A stretch of 62,427 nt of DNA, the filler included, from Actinomycetota bacterium (GTDB taxonomy: Bacteria; Actinomycetota; Actinomycetes; JAKEEW01): NCBI GenBank assembly GCA_046725875.1. It is 4 parts of 4 records of this genome, joined end to end, with 100 filler letters (N's around TTAATTAATTAA, not from the genome) between each part and the next. Parts side by side here need not be neighbours in the genome. Positions count along the whole stretch, not along the records: positions 37,716 to 62,427 come from JBKOZJ010000012.1; 3 more parts are not named here. One strand, given 5' to 3'. The position numbers were made by a program, and so were the translations under genes. This document shows, piece after piece, positions 41,901-51,299 of this stretch. A model generated the notes under the pieces. It ran no database searches. It had not been told where the DNA came from and was given only the letters and a program-made list of their open reading frames with translations. Positions within the stretch are counted from its first letter, which is position 1; the number at the start of each line of letters is the position of its first letter.

Positions 41901-42438
41901 CCGCTCGGTGGGCGCCGACCACCGCAGCCTTGGTCTGCAGCAGGTCCTGCGAGGTCTCGACCAGGAGGGCATGCGCGCCACCTGCGAGCAGGCCAGCGCA
42001 CTCCTCCTGGTAGGAGTCGCGGAGTACGGAATACGGCACGTGGCCGAGGCTCGGCAACTTAGTGCCGGGACCGACCGACCCGATAACCCAGCGCGGACGG
42101 TCCGTCGTGGACCAGCCGTCGGCGACTTCGCGGGCGATCCGTGCACCCGCTTCGGCAAGCTCCCTGATGCGCGGCACGATGTCGTACTCGGCGAAGTTGC
42201 CGTAGTTTGCACCAAAGGTGTTGGTCTCCACGCAGTCCACGCCGACCGCGAGGTAGGCGTCGTGTACGGCGGCCACGATGTCCGGCCTGGTCTCGTTGAG
42301 GATCTCGTTGCAGCCATCGAGGCCCGCGAAGTCGTCGAGAGTCGGCTCCTGCGCCTGCAACATCGTCCCCATCGCACCATCTGCGATCACGACGCGCTCG
42401 GCCAGGGCTCTTCGCAAGGTCGCAGGTGTCGCATGCAT
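38923..42438 (-). CDS. metH: cobalamin-dependent methionine synthase
   Basis: DGAMGT, GLNCATG, GGCCGT, GERTN, TVKGDVHDIGKN, RYSFGYPACP. Confidence 0.97.
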   Translation of the reverse strand: MHATPATLRRALAERVVIADGAMGTMLQAQEPTLDDFAGLDGCNEILNETRPDIVAAVHDAYLAVGVDCVETNTFGANYGNFAEYDIVPRIRELAEAGARIAREVADGWSTTDRPRWVIGSVGPGTKLPSLGHVPYSVLRDSYQEECAGLLAGGAHALLVETSQDLLQTKAAVVGAHRAVAAAGVDVPVWAQVTVETTGTMLLGSEITAALTALEPLGIEMIGLNCATGPAEMSEHLRQLAKLARVGLSCMPNAGLPVLTADGAHYPLTPAELVTAHDAFTREFGLNLVGGCCGTTPEHLRAVVEAVHGRAVVPRHPRPDPGAASLYQHVPFRQDTAYLSIGERTNANGSKAFREAMLDGRWEDCVEIARGQTRDGAHLLDLCVDYVGRNGVADMRELAGRLATASTLPIVLDSTEPDVVEAGLEMLAGRCLINSVNYEDGDGPGSRIRRLMPVVKEHGTAVVALTIDEEGQARTAEWKVRIAERLIRDLTGMWGMRLEDIVIDCLTFPIATGQEETRRDAMETIEAIREVKRRWPDVQTTLGISNVSFGLNQAARVVLNSVFLHECVQAGLDSAIVHAAKILPMSRIPDDQRQVALDLVYDRRLDGYDPLQRMLELFEGVDAKSSAQSRAAELAALPLDERLQRRIVDGERNGLEADLDEALQARSALDIINETLLAGMKTVGDLFGSGQMQLPFVLQSAEVMKAAVGYLEPHMEKSDTGGKGTIVVATVKGDVHDIGKNLVDIILTNNGYNVVNLGIKQPVATILDAAAEHSADVIGMSGLLVKSTVVMKDNLLEMNGRGVAKRWPVLLGGAALTRAYVEQDLNAVFEGEVRYARDAFEGLHLMDAIMAVKRGKDGAALPAPRQRRVRHAAAVLRETPDQEMPARSDVVTDNPLPTPRFWGTRVVKGIPLADYAAYLDERATFLGQWGLRPTRGADSPAYEELVEAEGRPRLRAWLDRLHTDGLLEAAVVYGYFPCVSKGDDLIVLSRDDVAEDSEGRSAEGQSERFRFTFPRQRRDRHLCLSDFFRSADSGEIDVVAFQLVTVGSRISAATAELFETNAYRDYLELHGLSVQLTEALAEYWHARVRDELGFAAEDPDDMEEVLKVGYRGARYSFGYPACPNLEDRAKLVELLRPARIGVTLSEEYQLHPEQSTDALIVHHPEAKYFNA

Positions 42439-42578
42439 GGGATCCGAGCCTAGTGCGGCCTCGGCTCCGCCAGGACCTCGCGCCTGGGACGTCTCGGGCG
42501 AGCGCCCGCGACCGGACGGCATAGGGTGATAGGTGCAAGGTCGATCTTCGGATAGCTACGAGGCTTGGGGAGGGCGCG

Positions 42579-43493
42579 GTGACCGAGCACAGCGGAGGCA
42601 CGCGCGCACCGCGGCCGTCGCGTTCTCGCACGGAGCGTGCGTCCCAGGCGCCGTCGCGCGCTGAGCCGATCATGATCGCCGCATTCGAGGGCTGGAACGA
42701 CGCAGGCTCGGCGGCGAGCGGTGCACTGGAGCACCTGGAGTCGGTATGGGACGCGACCGAGATCGCGGCGCTGGATCCCGAGGACTACTACGACTTCCAG
42801 GTCAACCGGCCACAGGTGGTGCTAGAGGGCGCTGAGAGGTCGATCATCTGGCCGACCACAAGGCTTTTTGCGGCGCGGCCCCCGGGTAACGACCGGAACA
42901 TCATCGTTGTCCACGGCATCGAACCGAACATCCGCTGGCGGGCGTACTCCCACGAGCTGGTGGACCACGCCGAGCGGCTCGGGGTCGGGACAGTCATTAC
43001 ATTGGCGGCACTACTCGCGGAGGTACCGCATAGTCGCCCCGTGCCGGTGAGCGGCTCCGCGGTTGACCCGAAGCTCAGGGAGCAGCTCCGGCTCGAGCCG
43101 TCGAGCTACGAGGGCCCGACCGGCATCGTCGGTGTTCTGCAGGATGCGTGTACGAGGGCCGGGATGGCCGCCGTCTCCTTCTGGGCGGCCGTACCGCACT
43201 ACGTGGCGTCGGTCTCCTGTCCGAAGGCAACGCTGGCGCTGCTTCGACAGGTGGAGGAGATGCTCGACGTCGCCGTGCCCCTCGGCGACCTGCCGGAGCA
43301 GGCCAAGACGTGGCAGGAGAGCGCGGACGAGCTGGTATCCAAGGACGAGGAGATCGCCGAGTACGTCCACCAGCTCGAGGAGTCGAAGGACACCGCCGAG
43401 CTGCCGGAAGCGTCCGGGGAGTTTATCGCCCGGGAATTCGAGCGCTACCTGCGACGCCAGCAGGAGCACGGGCCGGGCAGCGGCGACTCCTGA
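42579..43493 (+). CDS. PAC2 (proteasome assembly chaperone-like) family protein
   Basis: AAFEGWNDAG, YYDFQVNRP, YEGPTGI, WAAVPHY. Confidence 0.92.
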   Translation: MTEHSGGTRAPRPSRSRTERASQAPSRAEPIMIAAFEGWNDAGSAASGALEHLESVWDATEIAALDPEDYYDFQVNRPQVVLEGAERSIIWPTTRLFAARPPGNDRNIIVVHGIEPNIRWRAYSHELVDHAERLGVGTVITLAALLAEVPHSRPVPVSGSAVDPKLREQLRLEPSSYEGPTGIVGVLQDACTRAGMAAVSFWAAVPHYVASVSCPKATLALLRQVEEMLDVAVPLGDLPEQAKTWQESADELVSKDEEIAEYVHQLEESKDTAELPEASGEFIAREFERYLRRQQEHGPGSGDS

Positions 43494-43577
43494 TCGTTTC
43501 CCGCGAGCCTCGCCGCGCCTATGTTCGAAACCGCCTGGATGAAAAGGACCAGTCGATTTGGGCTTGCTTAGCCGGAC

Positions 43578-44837
43578 CTACAGTGCGATGCCGAGGAGCG
43601 CGTCGACCGCGCGGGAGACGATCCCGGGTGCCGCCGGATCGGCCGCAGCCGCTCCGGCGGCCGGCCTACTGCCCGTCGGCGCCGCCGCCAGCTGGGCGTC
43701 GACCCACGCGTCGACCGCGGCGAGCGCCGCCGGAGTGTCGAGGTCGTCGGCGAGGCGGTCCCTCAGCACCGCGAGGACCTTGGTGGCGTCCCGGCCGTCG
43801 GGTACGGACACCGCCGCCCGCCACCGGGCGAGCCGAGTGATCGCCTCGGCCAGCCCCACCACGGTCCAATCCCAGTCCGTCCGGTAGTGGTGCGCGAGGA
43901 TGGCGAGCCGGATTGCCATCGGGTCAACTTTGTCCCGGCGGAGCTTCGAGACGAAGACCAGGTTCCCCCGGGACTTCGCCATCTTCTCCCCGTCCAGGCC
44001 AACCATCCCGGCATGGACGTACACCTTCGCGTAGGGCGCTTGGCCGGTGGCGACCTGACCTTCGGCCGCGCCGAACTCGTGGTGGGGAAAGATCAGATCG
44101 TTCCCGCCGCCCTGGACGTCGAAGCCAGGACCGAGGTAGCGCAGCGCGATCGCGGTGCACTCGACGTGCCACCCCGGTCGACCGGGTCCGAACTGCGAGT
44201 CCCAACTCGGCTCGCCCGGACGTCGGGCGTGCCAGAGGACGGAGTCGAGGGGGTCCTTCTTGCCTGGCCGGTCCGGATCCCCGCCCCGCTCCCGGGATAG
44301 CGCGATCATGTCCGACACGGTCAGCTTGCCGATCGAGCCGAACCGCGGATCGGCACTCGCCGGGAAGTAGAGATCGCCGTTCACCTCGTATGCAGCGCCG
44401 CGTTCGCACAGCGTCTCGATCAGCTCGACGATGTCTGGGATCGCCTCGCCTGCACCGACGAAGTGATCCGGCGGAAGGACGCGCAACGCGATCATGTCCT
44501 CCCGGAACACCTCGGTCTCGGCCGCCGCGAGGTCGCGCCAGTCCCGGCCCTGCTCCCTGGCCCGGTCGAAGAGCGGGTCATCAACGTCGGTGATGTTCTG
44601 TACGTAGCGGACGCTGTATCCGGCATCCCGCCATATCCGGTACAAAACATCGAATGCCACGTAGGTCGCGGCGTGGCCGACGTGCGTGGCGTCGTAGGGC
44701 GTAATCCCACAGACGTACAGCCGCGCGGTCCGGTCGGCGGTCGCTACCACAACCGATTGCGATGCGGTGTCGAAGACCCGAAGCTCGTGGCCGGCGCCGG
44801 GCAACAGGGGAATGTGCGGTGCTGGCCAGGACTCCAC
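43578..44837 (-). CDS. mshC: cysteine:GlcN-Ins ligase (mycothiol synthesis)
   Basis: [37 protein letters not shown]. Confidence 0.95.
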   Translation of the reverse strand: MESWPAPHIPLLPGAGHELRVFDTASQSVVVATADRTARLYVCGITPYDATHVGHAATYVAFDVLYRIWRDAGYSVRYVQNITDVDDPLFDRAREQGRDWRDLAAAETEVFREDMIALRVLPPDHFVGAGEAIPDIVELIETLCERGAAYEVNGDLYFPASADPRFGSIGKLTVSDMIALSRERGGDPDRPGKKDPLDSVLWHARRPGEPSWDSQFGPGRPGWHVECTAIALRYLGPGFDVQGGGNDLIFPHHEFGAAEGQVATGQAPYAKVYVHAGMVGLDGEKMAKSRGNLVFVSKLRRDKVDPMAIRLAILAHHYRTDWDWTVVGLAEAITRLARWRAAVSVPDGRDATKVLAVLRDRLADDLDTPAALAAVDAWVDAQLAAAPTGSRPAAGAAAADPAAPGIVSRAVDALLGIAL

Positions 44838-44957
44838 ACTCGCAGCCTAGCCAGTGGGAGGAAGCCGCCCGTTTCCTTGCTCGCCTACCGCCGCCGCTGG
44901 ATCCGCCGGCTCCGCCTCGCTCACCGACGATCCCGGTGACCCCTTAGCCCCGGGATG

Positions 44958-45767
44958 CTAGAACGGCGGCCAGGGCACCGCCGGCCAATCGCCGGTTGGC
45001 AACGGCAGCCGTCCCTCCGCGAGAAGCCGGTCCACCCGGCCCGCGGTCGCCGCCACCTCCTCGACCTCGAGTAGCTCGCCGAGCACAGCCCGCAAGTCGC
45101 CGTCGAGTCCGGACCGCAGCCCGCGCAACACCTCGTACTCCCCCGACATGAGCGGTTCCCCAGCCCAGTTCCAAAGGAGCGTCCGCAGCTTGTCGTCCAC
45201 ACTGAAGCAGACCCCGTGATCCACCGCAAAGATCCGGCCGCTGGTCGTGGGCAGCAGATGGCCGCCCTTGCGGTCCGCGTTGTTCACGATCGCGTCGAAG
45301 ACCGCAATCGGGCGCAGCCGACGGTCCCCACTGCGCAGCATCGCAACGACATCAATCGACTCGTCGACATCGATCCACAGCTGGCACATGCCCGGACCGA
45401 AAGGTCCGTCCCGAAGGACGGTCGGCGGCACGATACGCCAGCCGCCGGCCTCGGAAACCCGGAACGCCGCGGTCTCGCGGGCGGCGAGCGTCCCATCCGG
45501 GAAGTCCCAGAGCGGCCTTTCGCCAGCGACCGGCTTGTAGACACAAGCGGCGTGCACCCCATCGAGGCTTACTGTGCAGTAGAGGGTGGCATTGGAAGCC
45601 TCGACCAACCGGCCGACGACCCTCAGCTCACCAATGGCGAGCAGTTGCAGCGCATCCCCGGCGGCCAGGTCGGGCTGTCCTACCCTACCGACACTGTTTG
45701 CATGGCCCGGGGTAGCTGGACGTACCCCAGGGTCGGGTGCTCCGACCTCTCCGCGCGCGCCGGTCAT
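44958..45767 (-). CDS. SCO1664-family PI3/PI4-kinase-like protein
   Basis: VYKPVAGERPLWDFPDGTL, NNADRKGGH, VDHG. Confidence 0.9.
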   Translation of the reverse strand: MTGARGEVGAPDPGVRPATPGHANSVGRVGQPDLAAGDALQLLAIGELRVVGRLVEASNATLYCTVSLDGVHAACVYKPVAGERPLWDFPDGTLAARETAAFRVSEAGGWRIVPPTVLRDGPFGPGMCQLWIDVDESIDVVAMLRSGDRRLRPIAVFDAIVNNADRKGGHLLPTTSGRIFAVDHGVCFSVDDKLRTLLWNWAGEPLMSGEYEVLRGLRSGLDGDLRAVLGELLEVEEVAATAGRVDRLLAEGRLPLPTGDWPAVPWPPF

Positions 45768-45777
45768 GAGGGGGCCT

Positions 45778-46362
45778 TTACGTCTCCGCGGTCGGTGCCG
45801 ATGGACGGTGGCCGTTCATCCGCGGGCAGAGATGACCCTCGGCGTCGAGCGGGAGTCCGCAGAACGGGCACGGCGGCCGCCCAGCCGACACGACCAGTTG
45901 CGCACGCTTGGCAAAGGCACGCGCCTGAGCACCGGTGATCCGTACCCGGAGGACCGGGGGACCGTCCTCGACATCGTCGTCCAGCGCCTCGACCTGCTCC
46001 TCCTCGGTCGCGGCCCGCGCGTGCGCCTCGATGACCACCCGCTCAGCGTCGGCATCCCAGGCCAATGTCAAGGCGCCGACCCGAAACTCCTCGTCGATCG
46101 GCTGGTCGAGCGGCGCGTCGTCGACCAGGTCCACCGGCGCGACGGCTGGTACCTGTGCGGCGCCGCCAGTACGCCTCAGCACCTCGTCAAGCAGCTCGTC
46201 CATCCGTTCGGCGAGGATGGACACCTGCTCCTTCTCCAGCGCGACACTCGTAACCCGGCCGGACTGACGGGCCTGCAGGAAGAAGGTGCGCTCGCCGGGA
46301 TCGCCCACGGTGCCTGCGATGAACCGCTCGGGCGGGTCGTAGCTGTAGATCTCACGCGGCAC
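45778..46362 (-). CDS. DUF3090 protein
   Basis: GTVGDPGERTFFLQA, EKEQV, GRPPCPFCG...HLCPRMNG. Confidence 0.9.
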   Translation of the reverse strand: MPREIYSYDPPERFIAGTVGDPGERTFFLQARQSGRVTSVALEKEQVSILAERMDELLDEVLRRTGGAAQVPAVAPVDLVDDAPLDQPIDEEFRVGALTLAWDADAERVVIEAHARAATEEEQVEALDDDVEDGPPVLRVRITGAQARAFAKRAQLVVSAGRPPCPFCGLPLDAEGHLCPRMNGHRPSAPTAET

Positions 46363-46425
46363 GCTGTCCTCCCATGGGAATGCGCGCAACCGGTCACCGT
46401 CGCCGTTGCCTCCCCCGGACCGAGC

Positions 46426-47145
46426 CTACGAGTTGCCGGCGCCGCCGCCCACCGCCGCGTCGCTGGATCGCGACCTCTCAGGCCGCCGACGGCCCCGGCG
46501 CCGCCGACGAGGCGCCAACGCCTCCAGTGAACCGGTGTCGTTGAGCCGGAGCAGGAACGGCCGCAACTCGGTATAGGTGATCAGGCTGACACCGGCTGGA
46601 TCGACCGCCAGCCGCTGGAAGAGATCGAGGTGGAGGCCGAGGGCGTCGGCGACGATCGCCTTGATGACGTCGCCATGCGTGCACGCCACCCACAGCGCGC
46701 TCTCGCCGTGCTCGGCGACGACCCGCGCATTCCAGTCCCGGACCGCCGCCACCGCCCGCGCCTGGATGTCACGCATCGCTTCCCCGCCGGGACCGGGAAA
46801 GACGGCCGCCGAGGGATGGGCCTGGACGACCCGCCAAAGGCGTTGCCTGGTCAGCTCCTTCAGCGATCGTCCGGTCCAGTCGCCGTAGCCGCACTCGGTC
46901 AGGCGCTCCTCCTGGAAGACCGCGGCTCCCGGGCGGGCGGCGGCGATGACCTCCGCCGTCTCCAGGCACCGCTGCAGCGGGCTGGAGACGATCTGCGAGT
47001 ACGGGAGCGCGGCGAGCCGCTCGGCAACCTGCTTAGCCTGCGTGCGGCCGTGCTCGTCCAGCGCCACACCAGGTGTACGCCCGGCAAGGACGCCATCCGC
47101 GTTCGCGGTGGTTCGGCCGTGGCGGACGAGGATCACGGTGGCCAC
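46426..47145 (-). CDS. histidine phosphatase (MSMEG_4193-like phosphomutase)
   Basis: LVRHG, SSPLQRC, THGDVIK. Confidence 0.92.
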   Translation of the reverse strand: MATVILVRHGRTTANADGVLAGRTPGVALDEHGRTQAKQVAERLAALPYSQIVSSPLQRCLETAEVIAAARPGAAVFQEERLTECGYGDWTGRSLKELTRQRLWRVVQAHPSAAVFPGPGGEAMRDIQARAVAAVRDWNARVVAEHGESALWVACTHGDVIKAIVADALGLHLDLFQRLAVDPAGVSLITYTELRPFLLRLNDTGSLEALAPRRRRRGRRRPERSRSSDAAVGGGAGNS

Positions 47146-47228
47146 CGCTCCACCTTATTCAGCGGGCGCGCGGGGATCGCATGATGCAGGCGGCCCGGTT
47201 TGCCCGGCGCATGCGTCACAATCGTGAC

Positions 47229-48197
47229 GTGATCGTGGACTGTGCGTTGTACGTCGAAGGCCAGCGGCACGAGCTCCAGTCCGAGACGCTCGAGGACGCG
47301 GTCCGGCAGGCGAGGGGTCAGCCGGAGCGCTTCGTATGGGTCGACCTTCGCGAGCCGACCACGGACGAGTTCGCCGGCATTGCCAAACAGTTCGACCTGC
47401 ATCCACTCGCCGTCGAGGACGCCCTGGTCGCGCACCAGCGGCCGAAGCTCGAGATATATGCCGACACCTTGTTCGTCGTACTCAAGACGCTCGACACCGG
47501 CGAGGACCCCAACATCGGTGAATTGATGGTATTCCTAGGTGACGTGTTCGTGGTCACGGTGCGGCATGGCGAACCGGACCCGATTGGTGGTGCACGGAAG
47601 CGCCTCGAGGCGGACAGCCAGCACATGTCCGCCGGTCCGGGCGGCGTGCTGTATGCGATCGCAGATGCGGTCGTGGATACGTACGCCGATCTCGCGGGGC
47701 GGTTGGAGGAAGAGATCGGCGGGCTCGAGGACGAGGTCTTCTCACCTGATCGAACCAACGCCACCGAGGCGATCTACCGGATGAAGCGGCGCGTGGGAAA
47801 GGTCAGGCGGGCGGTCGTCCCGTTGCTCGAGCCCACCCAGGATTTGGCGAGCGGAAACGAGCCGCACATCGACGCGGCAACGCTGCCCTTCTTCCGGGAC
47901 GTCGCAGACCACGTCCAGCTGGCCGGTGACCATGTGGAAGCGATGGACAGCCTGCTCTCCGACATCCTGCAGGCGAACCTTGCCCAGGTGACGGTGCGGC
48001 AGAACGAGGACACGCGACGCATCTCCGCATGGGTGGCCATCGCCGCCGTGCCGACGGTGGTTGGCGCTGTCTACGGAATGAACTTCGATAACATGCCGGA
48101 GTTGCGCTGGTTCTTCGGGTATTACGGGGTGCTCATCTTTCTGGCCCTCAGCTGCACCGGCCTCTACCTGTACTTCCGACGCAGCGGCTGGCTCTAG
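47229..48197 (+). CDS. corA: CorA Mg/Co transporter
   Basis: LHPLAVED, HQRPKLE, YGMNF...MPEL. Confidence 0.95.
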   Translation: MIVDCALYVEGQRHELQSETLEDAVRQARGQPERFVWVDLREPTTDEFAGIAKQFDLHPLAVEDALVAHQRPKLEIYADTLFVVLKTLDTGEDPNIGELMVFLGDVFVVTVRHGEPDPIGGARKRLEADSQHMSAGPGGVLYAIADAVVDTYADLAGRLEEEIGGLEDEVFSPDRTNATEAIYRMKRRVGKVRRAVVPLLEPTQDLASGNEPHIDAATLPFFRDVADHVQLAGDHVEAMDSLLSDILQANLAQVTVRQNEDTRRISAWVAIAAVPTVVGAVYGMNFDNMPELRWFFGYYGVLIFLALSCTGLYLYFRRSGWL

Positions 48198-48220
48198 GAA
48201 GTCTTCGCTCGACGCAAACC

Positions 48221-49045
48221 TCAGCTGGTTGCCGCGAGAGTTCCGGTTGCGACGAGGATCAGGACGAGGGCGCCGAGCGCAACGCGGTAGACGACGAATC
48301 CCTTGAACGAGTGCGATGTGATGAACCTGAGCAGCCAAGCGATGGACGCATAGCCGCTGACGAACGCGAGTGCCGTAGCTAGCGCGGTCGGCACGACCTC
48401 GACAGCACCCTTGCCTCCGATGTCCCGCAGCTCGAACAGTCCGGACAGCACGACAGCGGGAACCGACAGCAGGAAGGAGAACCGCGCCGCCGCCTCTCGC
48501 GTGAAGCCCAGGAACAGGCCGGCCGTGATGGTGGCGCCGGACCGGCTGACCCCCGGGACCAGTGCCAGCGTCTGTGCGCAGCCGATCAGCAGACCGTCGC
48601 GCAGGCGGAGCCGCCGCATCTCCTGCCGCTGGCTGCCGACCCGCTCCGCCAACAGCAGGATCAGGCCGAAGAGGATCAGCATGATCGCTATGAGCCGGAG
48701 GTCACGGAACGTGCTCTCGATCGTGTCCTGGAACGCAACTCCGGCGACGCCGATCGGGATCGTGCCAAGCCCGATGTACCAGCCCAGCCTGGCGTCCAGC
48801 TCGCCGCGAAGCTCCGGGCGGACCAGGCTACGCGCCCAGGCCGCGGTTATCCGCACGATGTCCCGCCAGAAGTAGAGCAGGACGGCGGCCATCGTCCCGA
48901 GCTGGATGACCGCCGTGAACGCCGCGCCAGGGTCGTCCCAGCCGAACAGCGCCGGGACGATCCGAAGGTGGCCGCTCGAAGAGATCGGGAGGAACTCGGT
49001 CAATCCCTGCACGACGCCGAGCACTGCGGCCTGGAACAGATCCAT
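48221..49045 (-). CDS. uppP: undecaprenyl-diphosphate phosphatase
   Basis: [27 protein letters not shown]. Confidence 0.96.
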   Translation of the reverse strand: MDLFQAAVLGVVQGLTEFLPISSSGHLRIVPALFGWDDPGAAFTAVIQLGTMAAVLLYFWRDIVRITAAWARSLVRPELRGELDARLGWYIGLGTIPIGVAGVAFQDTIESTFRDLRLIAIMLILFGLILLLAERVGSQRQEMRRLRLRDGLLIGCAQTLALVPGVSRSGATITAGLFLGFTREAAARFSFLLSVPAVVLSGLFELRDIGGKGAVEVVPTALATALAFVSGYASIAWLLRFITSHSFKGFVVYRVALGALVLILVATGTLAATS

Positions 49046-49091
49046 GCGGTGCGGGCTCCCTCTCCCGGGGGGTTCGCGGCGGGTCCGCGGC

Positions 49092-50150
49092 TCAGTCCCC
49101 GACCCCGGACCGCTCCAGGGCTTCGGAGACATTACGCAAGGCCGCGATGCGCTTGTCGAGTGACCCGGCGAACGGTGTCACGGAGACCGTGGTCACACCG
49201 ACCGCCGCGAAGGCCGCGAGGCGTTCGGCGATCCGCTGCTTGCTCCCGAGCAGCGACGTCTGGTCGATGAGCTCCGTAGGCACGGCCAGCGCGGCCGCGC
49301 GATGCTCCTTAGCAAGGTAGAGCCGCTGAACTTCCTCCGCTGCCTCGTCGAATCCCATCCGGCGGGCGAGCTGGTTGTAGAAGTTCTGCTCACGGCTGCC
49401 CATGCCGCCGACGTAGAGCGCGACGTATGGCCGAACCGGGTCGGCGCATGCGTCGAGATCGCCGCCAACCGCCAGCGGGACCGCCGCGTTGACGTCGAAG
49501 CCGGGGGCGAGCGAGCCCGGCGAGCCGGCCGCGCGGCCCGTCGCGATCTCGGTCAGCTGCTCTGCTGCATGCTCGGGTGACAGAAAGACGGCGAGCCAAC
49601 CGTCCGCGATCTCCCCGGTGAGCCGCAGGTTGGCCGGGCCGATCGCGGCAAGGTAGATCGGTATGCGCTCACGCGGCGGGTGCACCGCCAGCCTGAGCAC
49701 CTTGCCCGGGCCCCCGGGGAGCGGCAGCTGATAGTGCTCATCGTGGGCCGTGACCGGCTTCCTCGCGATCGCCGTGCGGACGATCTCCACGTACGTCCTG
49801 GTTCGCGCCAGCGGCCTGGCAAATGGCACGCCATGCCAGCCCTCGGAGACCTGCGGGCCCGACACGCCAAGACCCAGCCGGAACCGCCCGCCGGAGAGCG
49901 TGTCGAGGCTCGCGGCGGTCATCGCCGTCATCGCCGGGGTTCGCGCCGGGATCTGGAGTACAGCGGAGCCAAGGTCGATGCGCGAGGTCTGCGCCGCAAG
50001 CCACGCGAGCGTCGTCGCGGCGTCCGAGCCGTACGCCTCGGCCGCCCAGCACACGGCGAAGCCGAGCCGCTCCGCCTCGTGCACCAGGGCCAGCCACTCA
50101 GGCAAGTCTTGCGCCCTCGCCCAATAGCCGAGGCTGAGTCCCAACCGCAC
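49092..50150 (-). CDS. LLM-class, probably F420-dependent, oxidoreductase
   Basis: [30 protein letters not shown]. Confidence 0.92.
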   Translation of the reverse strand: MRLGLSLGYWARAQDLPEWLALVHEAERLGFAVCWAAEAYGSDAATTLAWLAAQTSRIDLGSAVLQIPARTPAMTAMTAASLDTLSGGRFRLGLGVSGPQVSEGWHGVPFARPLARTRTYVEIVRTAIARKPVTAHDEHYQLPLPGGPGKVLRLAVHPPRERIPIYLAAIGPANLRLTGEIADGWLAVFLSPEHAAEQLTEIATGRAAGSPGSLAPGFDVNAAVPLAVGGDLDACADPVRPYVALYVGGMGSREQNFYNQLARRMGFDEAAEEVQRLYLAKEHRAAALAVPTELIDQTSLLGSKQRIAERLAAFAAVGVTTVSVTPFAGSLDKRIAALRNVSEALERSGVGD

Positions 50151-50250
50151 CTTGTCGCCCTCCCGGAGGCCTTAAATTGTCCACCCTGCTGCGCGATCCT
50201 TGTTGCGGAGTCATCGCACCCGTCCTGCGGAGGCGGTAGCCTCCGCGACC

Positions 50251-51207
50251 ATGGAGCAGCGTCACGTCGGCCGCAGCGGGCTGCTCACGTCGCGGCTCGG
50301 GCTGGGCACGATGGGCTGGGGGCGCGAGGTCGACACCGACGACGCAAAGGCAATGCTCGCGGCGTTCGCGGATGCCGGCGGGATGCTGGTCGACACCGCT
50401 GCCGGGTACGCGGACGGCGTGGGCGAACGGGTCGTCGGAACACTGCTGAGCGCTGGAGTGGTCGCCCGGGATGAGGTCGTGATCGTGACCAAGGCCGGCC
50501 TGGGGCGCCGCACCGCCGAGCGCCACGTCGACATCTCCCGCCGGGCGCTGCTTGCGATCCTCGAGGGCTCGCTTGATCGGCTACGAACCGATCACGTCGA
50601 TCTTTGGTTGGTCCACGCGTGGAGCCCCGACGTGCCGCTTGACGAGACCCTGTCCGCCCTCGACTTCGCCGTCGGCTCCGGCCGAGCCCGCTATGCAGGG
50701 GTCGGCGACTTCGCCGGATGGCAGGTCGCGAAGGCAGCCACCTGGCAGGCCGCAGTGCCGGGACGTACGCCGATGGTAGCGGCGGCCGTCGAGTACTCCC
50801 TGGTCAACCGGCTGGCCGACCGTGAACTCCGACCGGCGTGTGCCGACTCGGGCCTCGGGTTGCTCGCCTTGGCGCCGCTCGGCCGTGGCGTGCTCACCGG
50901 AAAGTACCGGCACGGGTTGCCCGCCGATTCCCGCGGCGCGTCGCCGCACTACGAGTCGTATGTCGCTCGCTACCTCGACAACCGCAGCCGCCGGGTCGTC
51001 GACGCGGTGGCCACCGCGGCCGACGGGCTTGGAGTGACGCCCGCACACGTTGCACTCGCGTGGGCTCGCGACCGGCCCGGCGTCGCCGCGGCCATCGTTG
51101 GGACACGGAACACGGTGCAGCTGACCGCCGCACTCGCCAGCGAGCGGGTGACCATCCCGGCTGAGATCCGGCGAGCCCTAGATGACGTATCCGAGCCGCC
51201 GGAATAA
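50251..51207 (+). CDS. aldo/keto reductase
   Basis: LGLGTM, DTAAGY, TDHVDL..VH, EYSL, PLGRGVLTGKY. Confidence 0.93.
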   Translation: MEQRHVGRSGLLTSRLGLGTMGWGREVDTDDAKAMLAAFADAGGMLVDTAAGYADGVGERVVGTLLSAGVVARDEVVIVTKAGLGRRTAERHVDISRRALLAILEGSLDRLRTDHVDLWLVHAWSPDVPLDETLSALDFAVGSGRARYAGVGDFAGWQVAKAATWQAAVPGRTPMVAAAVEYSLVNRLADRELRPACADSGLGLLALAPLGRGVLTGKYRHGLPADSRGASPHYESYVARYLDNRSRRVVDAVATAADGLGVTPAHVALAWARDRPGVAAAIVGTRNTVQLTAALASERVTIPAEIRRALDDVSEPPE

Positions 51208-51299
51208 GCACCCGACGGGTTGATCGATTCGCTCCAAACCTGGCTGGGTCGTCCTGGCTTAGGCAGGCGTTCCCGTCCGACGGCACTACGCTCTCGTCG

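Noticed and set aside
40705..42453. Long antisense ORFs (also 24398-26116, 12307-13470, 7212-8444, 60139-61251)
   Set aside because: Shadow frames of real high-GC genes, with no recognisable motifs
42440..42580. Cobalamin or SAM riboswitch upstream of metH
   Set aside because: Short divergent interval with no recognisable B12-box or S-box elements
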